Part shown: piece by piece, positions 20,490 to 31,695 of the stretch
Layout of the letters: every line of letters begins with the position of its first letter
How positions within the stretch are numbered: position 1 is the stretch's first letter
Source: Thermoanaerobaculia bacterium
GTDB taxonomy: Bacteria > Acidobacteriota > Thermoanaerobaculia > Multivoradales > Multivoraceae
Assembly (NCBI GenBank): GCA_963664405.1
Contig: OY761158.1
Location: 2,848,001 to 2,912,000 of the forward strand
Length of the DNA stretch: 64,000 nt
Direction: 5' to 3'
Notes under the pieces: generated by a model
Database searches by the model: none
What the model saw: the letters and a program-made list of their open reading frames with translations, nothing else
What the model was told of the DNA's origin: nothing
Made by a program: the position numbers and the translations under genes

Positions 20490-21548
20490 CTACGGCAGAC
20501 GGTTCACCGCTTGCTCGGCAAGCGTGAGTGAGCGCTCGATTTGTATGGGCATGTTCTCGAGATCGATACCTTCCGTACTCTTCTTGCCTTCCATATAGCG
20601 GGCATAGACGCCGTGGGTGATCGCCGCCGACTTCCAGCGATTGAAGCCGACGTAGTAGCCGAGGTTGGAGAGCTCACGGCCGGTGCGATCTGCGTAGCGC
20701 TCGGCCAGCTCATCGCGTGGCGGAAAGCCCGGCGCGGCGGTCGGCCGTCGATCAGAGACTGTCGCAGTGTCTCCCGGTTGGGGCCAGTTGTTCAGCGCGT
20801 AGGCGAGGTCGGCCAGCGGGTCGCCCAGGGTCGAGATCTCCCAGTCGACCACAGCGGCGATGGTCGAGTCCGGTCCGACCAGGCAGTTGTGCAGGCTGTA
20901 GTCGCCGTGGACTACGCGAGCCGGTCCCTGATCCGGAAGGTTGTCGAGAAAGTACCTCTGTAGATCGTGGGCCCTGGGATCGTCGAACTCAGCCGGCTCG
21001 ATCGATGCCGTCCACGAGCGATACCAGGTTCGCAGCTGCCGCTCGACGTAGCCGTCTCTCTTGCCCAGATCGCCGAGACCGACCGCGTCGGGGTCGACGG
21101 CATGGAGGTCGGCGAGCACGTCGATGAACGAGTAAGCGAGCTTGGGCCGGTTCTCCTCCGGCACCCATTCCAAGGTGTGGGCCTCGGTGTAGAGCGGGCG
21201 CCCGTCGACCCGCCCCATGACATAGAACCAGGCCCCGGTTACGTCGGGACTCTCACAGAAGCCGAGCGCGACCGGTACCGGCACCGGCGTCGGCCCGAGG
21301 GCCGAGATCAGCGACCACTCTCGGCTCATATCGTGAGCCTTGGGCAGCAGAACTCCCTGGGGTGGCCGACGGATCACCGCCGACTGGCCGTTGGCGTCGT
21401 CGAGCCGATAAGTCAGGTTGGAGTGGCCGCCCTCGAGGCGTGTCCACTGCAAGGGTGGGGTGAGGCTGTCGATGTGCTCGGCGATCCAGGCCTCTACCGC
21501 CGGTTGATTGTAGCCTTCAGGGCCGGTGCTTTCATCGTGTGACGACAT
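20490..21548 (-). CDS. APH-family phosphotransferase (ACAD10/11 N-terminal kinase-like)
   Basis: GGHSNLTY, AHDMSRE, VHGDY..N, VDWEISTLGDPLADL. Confidence 0.9.
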   Translation of the reverse strand: MSSHDESTGPEGYNQPAVEAWIAEHIDSLTPPLQWTRLEGGHSNLTYRLDDANGQSAVIRRPPQGVLLPKAHDMSREWSLISALGPTPVPVPVALGFCESPDVTGAWFYVMGRVDGRPLYTEAHTLEWVPEENRPKLAYSFIDVLADLHAVDPDAVGLGDLGKRDGYVERQLRTWYRSWTASIEPAEFDDPRAHDLQRYFLDNLPDQGPARVVHGDYSLHNCLVGPDSTIAAVVDWEISTLGDPLADLAYALNNWPQPGDTATVSDRRPTAAPGFPPRDELAERYADRTGRELSNLGYYVGFNRWKSAAITHGVYARYMEGKKSTEGIDLENMPIQIERSLTLAEQAVNRLP

Positions 21549-21884
21549 CGCCGTTTCCTTAGAGTGTAGTGCTTGGCCGCTGGAGTCTATTCTTCTTACG
21601 GTGGCCGGGAGCATACATGGCTGCAGCTTCGTTCCTCCGGTGGGTGGACCACACTCACGAGGTCTTCCCTGCCGCCGTCAGACACTTTCTGAGTGACTCG
21701 GGCTCCGATTCTCCTCTCGCTTCTGCTGGTCTCACTCAGTGGGGAGGGAATCAAGTTCCCCCAGCAGGTACATCAAGTGATCGAAAACCTGTGGGTGACA
21801 ACCACCTCTTACACCGGGACCGAGATGAACCCGGATCTTCCGGATAGCCTGTTCGAGCTCCCGGGCAAGTAGCATTGGGCCTCG

Positions 21885-23837
21885 ATGAGCGATGACGCTC
21901 GATCCCTACTACACAGACACTTTGGGTTCCGGGATTTTCTCCCGGGCCAGCTCGAAGTGATCGGTTCCCTCTTCAAGGGTCACTCGGCGGCGGCTGTATT
22001 TCCGACCGGTGGCGGCAAGTCGCTCTGCTATCAGCTGCCTGCTCTGACCTTCGGCGGCCTGACGTTGGTGGTCTCACCGCTGATCGCGTTGATGAAGGAC
22101 CAGATCGACGCTCTTCTCGCTCGCGGCATAAAGGCGCGGCGCCTCGATTCGACACTTTCGGCCGATGAGTACCGAGAGGTGGTCGAGGCGCTGCGCAGCG
22201 GGGAGCTACAGCTCCTCTACGTGGCTCCGGAGCGTTTCAACAACGAGCGTTTCAGGGGCATGCTCGTTGACCTCGAGATCTCACTCTTCGCGGTCGACGA
22301 AGCACACTGTATTTCGGAGTGGGGCCATAACTTTCGTCCCGACTATCTGAAACTTGCTCGCTTCGCCCGTGAATGCGGCGCCAAGCGGGTCCTGGCGCTC
22401 ACCGCGACCGCCACCGAGGAAGTTCTCCGTGACGTCTGCCGCAGCTTCGAGATCGCCTCTGAGCATGCCATTCGAACAGTTTTCTATCGGGACAATCTGA
22501 GACTGCTGGCGAGAGGGGTCGAGGCTTTTGAGCGCGAGGCCTTGCTCGCGGCGAGGCTGAGGGAGCGTCCCGCCGGCGCGACGATCGTGTACGTGACTCT
22601 GCAACGCACGGCAGAGGCACTATGCGATCGACTGATCGCGGCGGGGCTCGACGCCCGCGCCTACCATGCAGGAATGAAGGACGATGATCGTGCGAAGGTT
22701 CAGGACTGGTTTTTCGCCTCGGAGGCCTCGATCGTCGTGGCGACGATCGCCTTCGGCATGGGTATCGACAAACCCGACATCCGCTATGTCTACCACTTCA
22801 ATCTGCCCAAGAGCCTCGAGGGTTATGCGCAGGAGATCGGCCGTGCGGGTCGCGACGGGAAGGCTTCGATATGCGAGATGCTGGTGTGTCAGGACGACCT
22901 CAACGCTCTCGAGAACTTCGCATACGGCGACACGCCGAGTCGCTCGGCGATCGACAGTTTCGTCGACGAGATCTTCGATCCGGGGCGGGGAGAGAGTTTC
23001 GACGTCAGCTTGTACCAGCTCTCGGCCAGGTGCGACATCCGGCTGCTGGTGGTGCGGACCCTACTGACCTACCTCGAGCTCGATGGCTATCTCGAGGGCG
23101 GGACGCCGCTCTACTCGACCTACCAGTTTCAACCGCGGATGAGCTCGGCAGAGATTCTGAGCGAGCTCGAGGGCGACCACAGGCTCTTCGTCGAGAGCGT
23201 CTTTCGTCGCTCGAAGAAGGGACGCACCTGGTTCACGCTCGATATCGACGAGGTGGCTCGCCATCTGGGAGCTCCGCGGACGCGGGTTCTGTTGGCCCTC
23301 GATGGTCTGCACGAGAGCGGTAGGTTGGAGGTGCGGGCTAAAGGCGTGCGACTAAGGTACCGCCTGTTGCGAGAACCGGTTTCCCGGGAAGAGCTTGTCG
23401 AGTCGCTTTGGGAGCGCATGGGTGTGCGCGAGCGTGCTGAGCTCGGCCGATTGTCCGAAGTGATCGATTGGGTCGTCCTCGACGGCTGCCAAGTCCGAGC
23501 GCTCGGTTCGCGCTTCGGAGATCAGGAAGAGGAGCCTTGCGGCCACTGCGCCTGGTGCGAAGGGGGCCGCAGTCCGGTGAAGGTGCCTCCACGGGCGGCG
23601 ACGAAGATCTCCGAAGCGGTATGGGCAGAGGCCGCGGCCCTCGCTCAGGAAGAGGAGGGTGCTCTCGACGAGCCCAGGGCCGTCGCCCGATTTCTATGTG
23701 GAGTCGGGTCTCCCTGGTTGAGTCGGGCGAAATTGACGAGCCATCGTCTATTCGGCTCTCTGCGAGAGGTCGGTTTCTCGCAGGTTCTGAAGCGCGCTCA
23801 GGACGGCTCGCTCAGTCGGCAGACGAAGACTTCATAG
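21885..23837 (+). CDS. recQ: RecQ-family ATP-dependent DNA helicase
   Basis: PTGGGKS, DEAH, SEWGHNFRPDY, TAT, ATIAFGMGIDK, QEIGRAGRDG, Zn-binding CGHC..C. Confidence 0.95.
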   Translation: MSDDARSLLHRHFGFRDFLPGQLEVIGSLFKGHSAAAVFPTGGGKSLCYQLPALTFGGLTLVVSPLIALMKDQIDALLARGIKARRLDSTLSADEYREVVEALRSGELQLLYVAPERFNNERFRGMLVDLEISLFAVDEAHCISEWGHNFRPDYLKLARFARECGAKRVLALTATATEEVLRDVCRSFEIASEHAIRTVFYRDNLRLLARGVEAFEREALLAARLRERPAGATIVYVTLQRTAEALCDRLIAAGLDARAYHAGMKDDDRAKVQDWFFASEASIVVATIAFGMGIDKPDIRYVYHFNLPKSLEGYAQEIGRAGRDGKASICEMLVCQDDLNALENFAYGDTPSRSAIDSFVDEIFDPGRGESFDVSLYQLSARCDIRLLVVRTLLTYLELDGYLEGGTPLYSTYQFQPRMSSAEILSELEGDHRLFVESVFRRSKKGRTWFTLDIDEVARHLGAPRTRVLLALDGLHESGRLEVRAKGVRLRYRLLREPVSREELVESLWERMGVRERAELGRLSEVIDWVVLDGCQVRALGSRFGDQEEEPCGHCAWCEGGRSPVKVPPRAATKISEAVWAEAAALAQEEEGALDEPRAVARFLCGVGSPWLSRAKLTSHRLFGSLREVGFSQVLKRAQDGSLSRQTKTS

Positions 23838-24415
23838 TCGCAGACGCCGCTTCTCATCGGGTAGGTCCGCTCCACCGTGAAGTATTCGCGAAGCTTGGCT
23901 TCATATTCGGAAGCCTTGCGAATGAAGTCGCCGCGGTCGAGATTCTGGATCAGGCTACCGACGAAGTTGCCGCGGTCGCGTGCCGGAACATCCTCCCAAG
24001 CGATGAGGCGACCGTCTGGACGGAGCGCTCGACGCAGTCCCGCCAATACACTGTCGACGGTGGCGTCGTCCAGATGATGAAGAACCCCACCGACCAGTGC
24101 GGCCTCGAAGGTGGCCTGACCCACCGCGAGCGATCGTAGGTCCATGGTCGCAAAGGTGTGGTTCGGCGCCTTTCGTCGCGCCGATACAAGCCGGCCGAAG
24201 TCCATGTCGACTCCGAAGTACGACTTCGAGTCGAAGTTTCGAGCCATCTCCCCGGTTCCGCAGCCCGCGTCGATGACTCTTTTAGCTGAAAGGAGCCCCT
24301 CCCGGCGAAGGACTTCCTTCTCGCCGCGAAAGCCCGCTTCGAGAATCCACCGTAGGAAGTGCCAAAGACGCGGCGACGTCGAGATGCCGTGAAGAAGCTT
24401 CTCGTGCAGTGTCAA
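23798..24415 (-). CDS. Class I SAM-dependent methyltransferase
   Basis: IDAGCGTG, GVD, VLHHL, LRPDG. Confidence 0.85.
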   Translation of the reverse strand: MTLHEKLLHGISTSPRLWHFLRWILEAGFRGEKEVLRREGLLSAKRVIDAGCGTGEMARNFDSKSYFGVDMDFGRLVSARRKAPNHTFATMDLRSLAVGQATFEAALVGGVLHHLDDATVDSVLAGLRRALRPDGRLIAWEDVPARDRGNFVGSLIQNLDRGDFIRKASEYEAKLREYFTVERTYPMRSGVCDYEVFVCRLSEPS

Positions 24416-24531
24416 GGGTTATGCCGCCCCCCGCAAAGGTCCATGACTCTCGACTTCAGGTCCGACTGTTCGCTGTGAGGGGTGTCGAGTTGACAGACCC
24501 GGGCCGTGTGCGGATACGCTAGCGAAACCTT

Positions 24532-25476
24532 ATGTTGGGGCCACCCACGATCACCTTTGTGATCCCAGTGTACAACGGCTCCGCCACGGTTGGAGACGTG
24601 GTCAAGGACATCCAGGAGCATTTCCGGGGGGAGGACTTCGAGATCGTCCTGGTCAACGACGGGTCGCAGGACGACAGCGAGAGCACCTGTCGCGAGCTCA
24701 GAGAAAGGTATCCAGGTCTCATCACCTACGTTCATCTCGCTCACAACTTCGGTGAGCATGCGGCCGTTCTTGCCGGTCTTAACCATGCTCAGGGCGACTA
24801 CGTCGCCGTTCTCGACGACGATGGTCAGAACCCGCCCCGGGAGGTTAGGCGTCTCTTCGAGGAGATCCAGAAAGGGTCTGCTGACGTGGTCTACGGGCGC
24901 TACCGATCGAAGCGCCACGGTCGGCTACGCAACCTCGGCAGTTGGTTCAATGACGCCATGGCCAACGCCATGCTCAAGAAGCCGCGAGACCTATATCTTT
25001 CGAGCTTCAAGATCATGAACCGGTTCTTGGTGGACCAGATAACCAAGTACAAGGGGCCCTTCCCCTACATTGACGGGCTCATTCTTCGCACTACCTCGAG
25101 TATCGGACAGATTGAAGTGGAACATGTCAGTCGCCCGACAGGGAAGTCGGGCTACACCGCCAAGAAGCTGGTGTCGCTGTGGCTGAATATGTTCTTGAAC
25201 TTCTCGATCGCTCCACTCAGGGCCGCTGTTTTTCTGGGGCTGATCACTTCGGCGTTCAGCATCTTGTTGTTGACAGGAATCGTGATCGACAAGATCTATA
25301 TCAACCCGAATCTCACTATCGGGATCCCGACCGTTCTGGTGGTACAGACCCTCTTTGCCGGGGTGCAGCTGGTGGTCCTTGGAACGATCGGAGAATACCT
25401 GGGTCGATTGTTCCTCGATCACTCGAAGCGGCCTCAATTCGTTGTTCGCTACTGTCGGGAAAGGTCCGAGCCCTGA
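24532..25476 (+). CDS. GT2 polyprenyl-phosphate glycosyltransferase (ArnC/GtrB-like)
   Basis: IPVYN, VNDGSQD, NFGEH.A..AG, DDDGQNPP, two C-terminal TM helices, GEYLGR. Confidence 0.92.
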   Translation: MLGPPTITFVIPVYNGSATVGDVVKDIQEHFRGEDFEIVLVNDGSQDDSESTCRELRERYPGLITYVHLAHNFGEHAAVLAGLNHAQGDYVAVLDDDGQNPPREVRRLFEEIQKGSADVVYGRYRSKRHGRLRNLGSWFNDAMANAMLKKPRDLYLSSFKIMNRFLVDQITKYKGPFPYIDGLILRTTSSIGQIEVEHVSRPTGKSGYTAKKLVSLWLNMFLNFSIAPLRAAVFLGLITSAFSILLLTGIVIDKIYINPNLTIGIPTVLVVQTLFAGVQLVVLGTIGEYLGRLFLDHSKRPQFVVRYCRERSEP

Positions 25477-26447
25477 GCAGCTTCTTTGATGGCAAGCGGG
25501 TGCTGATCACCGGTGGAGTCGGCTTTATTGGCAGCAACCTGGCGATCCGACTGGTGGACTGTGGAGCTCGTGTCTCGCTCATCGACTCCATGTTGCCGCA
25601 GTATGGGGCGATCTTGAGCAACATCGACCCCGTCCGCGACCGAGTGCATGTCAACTTCTCCGACGTACGCGACCGGCACACACTGCCGTACCTTGTCCGG
25701 GACCAAGAGGTGATCTTCAGCCTCGCCGGACAGGTGAGCCACTCAGACAGCATGCTCGACCCCCTGACCGACCTGGACATCAACTGTGCAAGCCAGCTCG
25801 CCCTGCTCGAAGCCTGTCGCGAGAACAATCCCGGCGCGCGCGTGGTCTCTGCCAGCACCAGGCAGCTCTACGGTCGGCCTCAGTATCTGCCGGTGGACGA
25901 GAACCACCCGCTCAATCCAGTAGACGTCAATGGCATCAACAAGCTCGCCTCAGAGTATTACTACACTCTCTATCATCAGGTTTACGGGCTGCACACAGTC
26001 AGCCTGCGTCTGACCAACACCTACGGTCCGAGAATGGACGTACGGAGCCTCAACAAGGGCTTCGTCGGCATCTTCGTGCAGCGAGCGATGCGAGGAGAGT
26101 CGATCAAGGTCTTCGGAGACGGGCAGCAACGCCGCGATTTCAACTTCGTCGACGACGTCGTCGACGCGCTGCTCCTGGCGGCCGAAGATGGTGAGCTTGC
26201 CGGCCAGGTCTTCAACCTCGGACATCCGGAGCCCAGAACTCTGTTGGAGTTCGTCGAGATTCTCCGTGAGATCGTCGCCTTCGAGTACAGCTTGGTTCCC
26301 TTTCCGGACCAGGCCAAGGCCATCGACATCGGCGACTACTACGGGTCTTTCGAGAAGTTCCATGCGGCCACGGGATGGTCACCGAAGACAGACCTGCGAG
26401 AAGGACTCGAAGCCACCATCCGATATCTGAGCGACACCTCGGACTGA
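25473..26447 (+). CDS. NAD-dependent epimerase/dehydratase
   Basis: TGGVGFIGS Rossmann motif, NGINK at the YxxxK position, [15 protein letters not shown]; probable CTG start overlapping the upstream TGA. Confidence 0.9.
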   Translation: MSSFFDGKRVLITGGVGFIGSNLAIRLVDCGARVSLIDSMLPQYGAILSNIDPVRDRVHVNFSDVRDRHTLPYLVRDQEVIFSLAGQVSHSDSMLDPLTDLDINCASQLALLEACRENNPGARVVSASTRQLYGRPQYLPVDENHPLNPVDVNGINKLASEYYYTLYHQVYGLHTVSLRLTNTYGPRMDVRSLNKGFVGIFVQRAMRGESIKVFGDGQQRRDFNFVDDVVDALLLAAEDGELAGQVFNLGHPEPRTLLEFVEILREIVAFEYSLVPFPDQAKAIDIGDYYGSFEKFHAATGWSPKTDLREGLEATIRYLSDTSD

Positions 26448-26454
26448 CACTGTC

Positions 26455-27555
26455 TTGTCGTTCACCCCCTTCTTCGACTACAAGCGTCAATACTCCGCGC
26501 TCAAGGTCGAGCTCGACGATGCGATCCAGCGCGTCCTGAGCTCAGGGTCGCTGATCCTGGGTCCCGAATGCACCGCGTTCGAACAAGAGCTCGCCTCTTA
26601 CACCGGCAGCGGCCACGCGGTCGGCGTAGGTAGTGGTACCGATGCCTTGAACCTGGCGCTCCGAGCGTTGGGAGTAGGCGCGGGCGATGAAGTGGTGACG
26701 GTTGCAAATGCGGGGGTGCCACCGGTCGCCGCGATCTGCGCCACCCAGGCAAAACCGGTCTTTGTCGACGTGGAAGAGAGCACCTTGCTGCTGAGCCCTG
26801 CCAAGATCCTCCCTGCACTTTCGGAGCGGACGCGCTGCATTCTCGTCGTCCACCTGTATGGCCAGCCGGTCGATCTCGACCCTGTCCTCGAGATCGCAAG
26901 GGAGCACGACCTCGCTGTGGTGGAGGACTGTGCCCAGGCCCACGGCGCTACCTACCAGGGGAGGCACGTCGGCACTTTCGGCGATGTGGGTTGCTTCTCG
27001 TTCTACCCGACCAAGAACCTCGGCGCCTACGGTGACGGTGGCGCTTGTGTCACATCCAGCCCTGAGCTGGCGGAGCGAATTCGGGCCCTTCGCAACTACG
27101 GATGGAACGCCGATCGAAGCTCGGTGATCGAAGGTTTCAATTCACGCTTGGATGAGATTCAAGCAGCGATCCTGCGGGTAAAACTTCGACGCCTCTCGGA
27201 ATCCGTCGCTCAGCGGCGTCGAATCGCCGGCGAATACAGGCGCCGAATCGCGGGTTCGAAGCACGGCCTGCTTGGATCAACTCCGCAAGCGAGTCACGCG
27301 TATCATCTCTTCGTGATCAGGGCCTCGAATCGCCCGCACCTGGTCGAGGTTCTTCGTGAAAGGGGCATCGGGTTTGGTATCCACTATCCGGTTCCCGTCC
27401 ACTTGATGCCGGCATACGAACCTCTCGGCTGCCAGCCCGGTGACCTCCCCGTCAGCGAAGCGGCTGCCGAAGCAATCGTGTCGCTCCCCATGTTTCCGGA
27501 GCTCGAAGATTCCGAGATCGCCAACGTTGCCGACGCCCTGCTCTTCTCCCAGTGA
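26455..27555 (+). CDS. DegT/DnrJ/EryC1/StrS PLP sugar aminotransferase
   Basis: [44 protein letters not shown]. Confidence 0.95.
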   Translation: MSFTPFFDYKRQYSALKVELDDAIQRVLSSGSLILGPECTAFEQELASYTGSGHAVGVGSGTDALNLALRALGVGAGDEVVTVANAGVPPVAAICATQAKPVFVDVEESTLLLSPAKILPALSERTRCILVVHLYGQPVDLDPVLEIAREHDLAVVEDCAQAHGATYQGRHVGTFGDVGCFSFYPTKNLGAYGDGGACVTSSPELAERIRALRNYGWNADRSSVIEGFNSRLDEIQAAILRVKLRRLSESVAQRRRIAGEYRRRIAGSKHGLLGSTPQASHAYHLFVIRASNRPHLVEVLRERGIGFGIHYPVPVHLMPAYEPLGCQPGDLPVSEAAAEAIVSLPMFPELEDSEIANVADALLFSQ

Positions 27556-28346
27556 ACACTCCCGAGTACCGAGTCATGGCGGAGGTCGAGGACGACCACT
27601 GGTGGTACGTGGGCCTGCGAGATCTGTTGCGGCGTCTACTGGCGGCTGAGAAGTATGGTGTCGGTGACGGGCCGAAAGTGCTCGATGCAGGGTGCGGGAC
27701 CGGAGCTACGCTGCGGCTCTTGTCCGAGATCCTCGACCCTACCTACTTGGGAGGCTTCGACACCTCGCCCGACGCTCTGGCGCTGGCTCAGGTCAAGGCT
27801 CCGGGAGCCGACATCTACTGTGGCGACATTCGAGAGCCGGAGATCAAGGTAGATTCGCTCGATCTCATTACTTCTCTCGACGTGCTCTATATCCCCGGAC
27901 TCGCCGCCTCGGAGCCCGGGTTTCGGAAGCTCGTAGACCGGCTCCGGGTCGGGGGGCTGGTTATTTTGAACGTCCCAGCATTCGACTGGCTGCGTAGCAC
28001 GCATGACCTCGCTCTCCACACCTCGCAGCGGTTCACCGCCCGCGAGCTGCGGGGTTTCTTCGACAGACTCGGTCTCAGGACCGAGCTTCTCAGCTATCGA
28101 TTATTCTTTCTCTTCCCCGCGGTCCTGGCGGTACGGCTGCCACAGCGGCTCGTACAGCGCCCCGCCAAAGCGGAGTCGGCACGATCAGAGCTCAACTGGC
28201 AGCTACCTCGCGCGCTGAATTCGGCGCTCCTCGCGGTGCAGCATGCTGAGAACCGATTGATCTCAAAAGGGGCCAGGCTACCTTGGGGCACTTCGGTCTT
28301 CGCCGTGGGTCGGAAGACGGGCAGTGGAGCTGGCGCGTCCTCGTGA
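27552..28346 (+). CDS. Class I SAM-dependent methyltransferase
   Basis: [20 protein letters not shown]; GTGA overlap with upstream gene. Confidence 0.88.
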   Translation: MNTPEYRVMAEVEDDHWWYVGLRDLLRRLLAAEKYGVGDGPKVLDAGCGTGATLRLLSEILDPTYLGGFDTSPDALALAQVKAPGADIYCGDIREPEIKVDSLDLITSLDVLYIPGLAASEPGFRKLVDRLRVGGLVILNVPAFDWLRSTHDLALHTSQRFTARELRGFFDRLGLRTELLSYRLFFLFPAVLAVRLPQRLVQRPAKAESARSELNWQLPRALNSALLAVQHAENRLISKGARLPWGTSVFAVGRKTGSGAGASS

Positions 28347-29836
28347 GACTCCCCCCTGCAAAGCGGATCGAGGCCGCCCTGACCGATCGGCGCGTTTTCC
28401 TGGTGATGGCACTCTTGATCTTGGTGAGCAAGTGGCCGGTGCTCGACCAGCCACCGGTTTGGGACTCGTCGATGAGCGTTTTCCCCGCCGCCATCACACT
28501 CGCCCATAACGGTCTCGATCTGGCTGCGTTGCTTCGTGAGCCTGGCTATTTTCTGGGTGGTCCCACCCAGCACTCGCTGTCGCTGGTGACCTGGCTGACG
28601 GCGTTGGCCTATCGCTCGCTCGGCGATCGCCCACAGGTGGTTCTTCCCGTCCTCCACCTGCTGCACTTCGCGATCGGGGCGCTGGCCATGACCGCTCTAT
28701 GGCGCATCGGCCGAGCTCTGCTCGGAGCGCTTCCGGCCCTGGCCGTAGTCGGGGCCATGTTCCTGTTCCCGCCGCTCTTCGTTCAGCTCGGCTATATGTA
28801 TCTGGAGATGCCGGTACTGGCGTCTACTGCGTTGGCTGTCGAGGCCTGGATTAGAGGCAAGAACGGCAAGGCCGCGATCTGGGCGACGATGGCTTCGTTG
28901 GTCAAGCCGACGGGAGCCATTGTCGCCGGCGCTTTGGCTCTCGCGAGCCTGCTGAGCGGGGGGCCGTGGCGGAGCAGGTTCTCGAAGGCCGGAGTCTTGC
29001 TGAGTGGACCTCTGGCTGCCGCGCTCCTGACTTTCGCTCTCAAGCCGGCGGGAATACCCGGCTTTGGACGGCTGCGAACGACGGTGATCTATATAACATC
29101 GGTCCCCGATCTCGCCGTGCTCCTCGTGCTCTTCCTGCTTCTTTCCGCCTTATGGCGGCCGTGGCGAGGGGAAGGACCCGCTGCCAGGGCGCAGCTCGCG
29201 TTCGCATCGCTCTTCGTCACTTTCTTCACCTTCTTTTCGCTGCTTGTCCCCCTGGGCCGGTCGGTCCCGATCCTTCCGCGTTACTACATACTGATCTTCC
29301 CCTTCGTCTGGCTCGGGCTCGCAGCCATGCTGCAACCCCGAATTTCTCCGCGCTTGTCGGCCGTGCTTCTAGCGGTGCTGGCGGCTTTCTTCCTCACCAA
29401 TTTGTCGGGGCGCCTGTATCCCAACAACACGATCAACAACTTCGCAATCATCGAGCGGTCGATGGCCTATCGCGATCTGCTCGAGCTACAGAGCCGAGGG
29501 GCAGAGGAGCTGAGTGCACGCTCAGTTGAGGCGCCTGTCTTCTTCGATCTACCTCTGCACTTCAAGCTCGAGTACCCGGAGATGGGCTACAAGGCGACCC
29601 GTCCCGTCAACGGGTACTGTCTACTCAATCAGCCTCCCTACCAGGGGGGGCGCTTGGAGGACTTTCCCGACGCCTTCTTCTTGCTGCACGAATATCCGTG
29701 GTTGGGGGGAGAGATCGCCGGCAGGGTTGCCGGGCAGGCGATGTCGGATCCGTCGCGGATTGTGCAATTCGACCAGCTGCAAGCCGGCGAGTTCACTAGC
29801 GGCTTGATCGGCGTGCGCACGCGGCAGCGAGAGTAG
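28343..29836 (+). CDS. Polytopic membrane protein, probable GT-C (ArnT/PMT-like) glycosyltransferase
   Basis: Loop WD after TM1, many TM helices, YLEMP, LVKPTG, PRY; GTGA overlap places it in the operon. Confidence 0.65.
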   Translation: MRLPPAKRIEAALTDRRVFLVMALLILVSKWPVLDQPPVWDSSMSVFPAAITLAHNGLDLAALLREPGYFLGGPTQHSLSLVTWLTALAYRSLGDRPQVVLPVLHLLHFAIGALAMTALWRIGRALLGALPALAVVGAMFLFPPLFVQLGYMYLEMPVLASTALAVEAWIRGKNGKAAIWATMASLVKPTGAIVAGALALASLLSGGPWRSRFSKAGVLLSGPLAAALLTFALKPAGIPGFGRLRTTVIYITSVPDLAVLLVLFLLLSALWRPWRGEGPAARAQLAFASLFVTFFTFFSLLVPLGRSVPILPRYYILIFPFVWLGLAAMLQPRISPRLSAVLLAVLAAFFLTNLSGRLYPNNTINNFAIIERSMAYRDLLELQSRGAEELSARSVEAPVFFDLPLHFKLEYPEMGYKATRPVNGYCLLNQPPYQGGRLEDFPDAFFLLHEYPWLGGEIAGRVAGQAMSDPSRIVQFDQLQAGEFTSGLIGVRTRQRE

Positions 29837-29862
29837 TTCGCCGAAAGCTCCGACCTCGCCGC

Positions 29863-30780
29863 TTACCGTACGCCGGCTTCGCTCATCACCGATTCGCACT
29901 TTCCGCGGATCTCGGAGGCGATCTCGAAGGGGTCGGCCTCGACGATGTCTTTGCGGAAGAGCTCGACCGAAAGCGGCCCTCTGTAGTCTTTCTCCGCCAG
30001 CTTCTGAAGGATGCGCACCACCGGTGCGATGCCGTCGCCGGGTATCAACCTCGAGTCGTTATCGATCAGCTCGCGCGGGGTATCGAGAATGTCTTGAAAG
30101 TGGACGTGGCCAAGCTCGCCGGGCTCGAGCAGGTCGAGATCCTCGAACTTACTGGTTCCGGCCCAGAAGTGGAAGAAGTCGAGCATCGGCCGTACGTTCG
30201 GATGCGCGGCCTCTCGGATCATCGCCAGCGCCGTCGTCAGCGTCGCCAGGTGGGTTGATTTCCAGGTGAACTCGATCATCGCGGTCAGCCCATGCTCTCC
30301 GGCGATCTCGCCCGCCTCCCGAATGCAATCGGGAGTCGCCGCGTAGTCTTCCAGGGTGATCTCGCGGCTTGTTACCGACGGCGTGTAGATCTTCTCCAGA
30401 CCGAGGCTCGCGTACTGAGCGCAGCGGCGACGCCAGGTCTCGAGCCTCTCTTTTCGCTCTTCACTCGGAAGCCAAAGGTCGCGCACCATGGCGGCGCCGC
30501 AGACCGGCTTGATGCCGAGGTCGCCGAAGAGAGTGCTGGCGCTGTCCAACGTCTCACTCTCGAGGAACTCGTCGAGTAGACGGCCGTTCAACTCGGCGTA
30601 ACGGATACCGGCCTTCGCCCATCCCTCCAAGGACCCTCGAAATCCGGCCGCCCGCGACGTGTTCTGGTGGATGCTAAGAAGCATGTTCTCAGACTCCTCT
30701 GTTAGTGCCGCCTGCCCAGGTGCGAGGCGTACCAGCGGTGCTAGCATCGAGCCGAGCACGAAAGTTCTTCGAGTAGGCAC
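29863..30780 (-). CDS. Sugar phosphate isomerase/epimerase (xylose isomerase-like TIM barrel), Tat-exported
   Basis: TRRTF Tat-like signal; IEF, DFFH, HFQD, R..PGDG, SVELF. Confidence 0.85.
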   Translation of the reverse strand: MPTRRTFVLGSMLAPLVRLAPGQAALTEESENMLLSIHQNTSRAAGFRGSLEGWAKAGIRYAELNGRLLDEFLESETLDSASTLFGDLGIKPVCGAAMVRDLWLPSEERKERLETWRRRCAQYASLGLEKIYTPSVTSREITLEDYAATPDCIREAGEIAGEHGLTAMIEFTWKSTHLATLTTALAMIREAAHPNVRPMLDFFHFWAGTSKFEDLDLLEPGELGHVHFQDILDTPRELIDNDSRLIPGDGIAPVVRILQKLAEKDYRGPLSVELFRKDIVEADPFEIASEIRGKCESVMSEAGVR

Positions 30781-30897
30781 GATTTGTAGAGCTGCTTGCC
30801 TGCGCGGCTGGCGTCGGGCGCCGTCGCGGCGCCTTGTTATCCAGCCAGCAGAAACGATAGCACTCGTGTCGGTGAGCTCTTTCGGAGGTGACGAACA

Positions 30898-31695
30898 ATG
30901 AAGCAGGCTCCTATCTTACTAGCGTTGATCATCGCTCTGCCAGTCCAGGCACAGCTCGCGGCGCCGAACGCTGCGGGTGTGACGTTCGGACACGTGCACC
31001 TCAACGTTGCCGACATCGAGCTCCATAAGAGAATCTGGGTCGAGCACTTCGACGGAATCCTGGTCCAGAAGGGGCCACTGACGACTGTGAAATTGCCCGG
31101 TTTTCTGCTCGTCCTCACTGAGCGGGAATCGACAGGTAGCTCGCAGGGGACGGTCATGGACCACTTTGGGTTCAAGGTTCGCGATATCGAAGCGGTGCAT
31201 GCGGCCTGGCGCGAAGCAGGTTTCGAGGTCCAGAGCGAATTTACCGGCGCCGAGGGCTTCGCCAACTCTTATCTCCTTGCACCGGACGGTGTGAGATTGG
31301 AGCTGCAGGAAGACCCGAGCCTCCCCGAGAGCGTGATCGGCTACCACATCCATTTTTGGACTGACGATTTTCGGGACCTTCTCGATTGGTACGTCGACAC
31401 CTTCTCGGCGGTGAAGCGCAAGCGCGGCACGATCGAGACGACGGCGGATGTCCCAGGCATGAACATGAGCTTCGCGAGGTGCCGGACCGAGTGCGCGCCG
31501 ACGCAGGGCCGGGCGATCGATCACATTGGATTCGAAGTAGACGATCTCGACGCCTTCGCGAAAGTGCTCGGGCAGCGAGGCGTCGAGCTCGAGTTCCCAC
31601 CTCGCTCAATCGAGAGCATCGGGCTCAAAATCGCGTTCTTCACCGACCCATCCGGTGTGCGTGTCGAGTTGACGGAAGGGCTCGATCTCTACTGA
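30898..31695 (+). CDS. Secreted two-domain VOC (glyoxalase) family protein
   Basis: Signal peptide; GHVHLNV, DHFGF.V, DHIGFEV, FFTDP.G.RVEL. Confidence 0.85.
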   Translation: MKQAPILLALIIALPVQAQLAAPNAAGVTFGHVHLNVADIELHKRIWVEHFDGILVQKGPLTTVKLPGFLLVLTERESTGSSQGTVMDHFGFKVRDIEAVHAAWREAGFEVQSEFTGAEGFANSYLLAPDGVRLELQEDPSLPESVIGYHIHFWTDDFRDLLDWYVDTFSAVKRKRGTIETTADVPGMNMSFARCRTECAPTQGRAIDHIGFEVDDLDAFAKVLGQRGVELEFPPRSIESIGLKIAFFTDPSGVRVELTEGLDLY

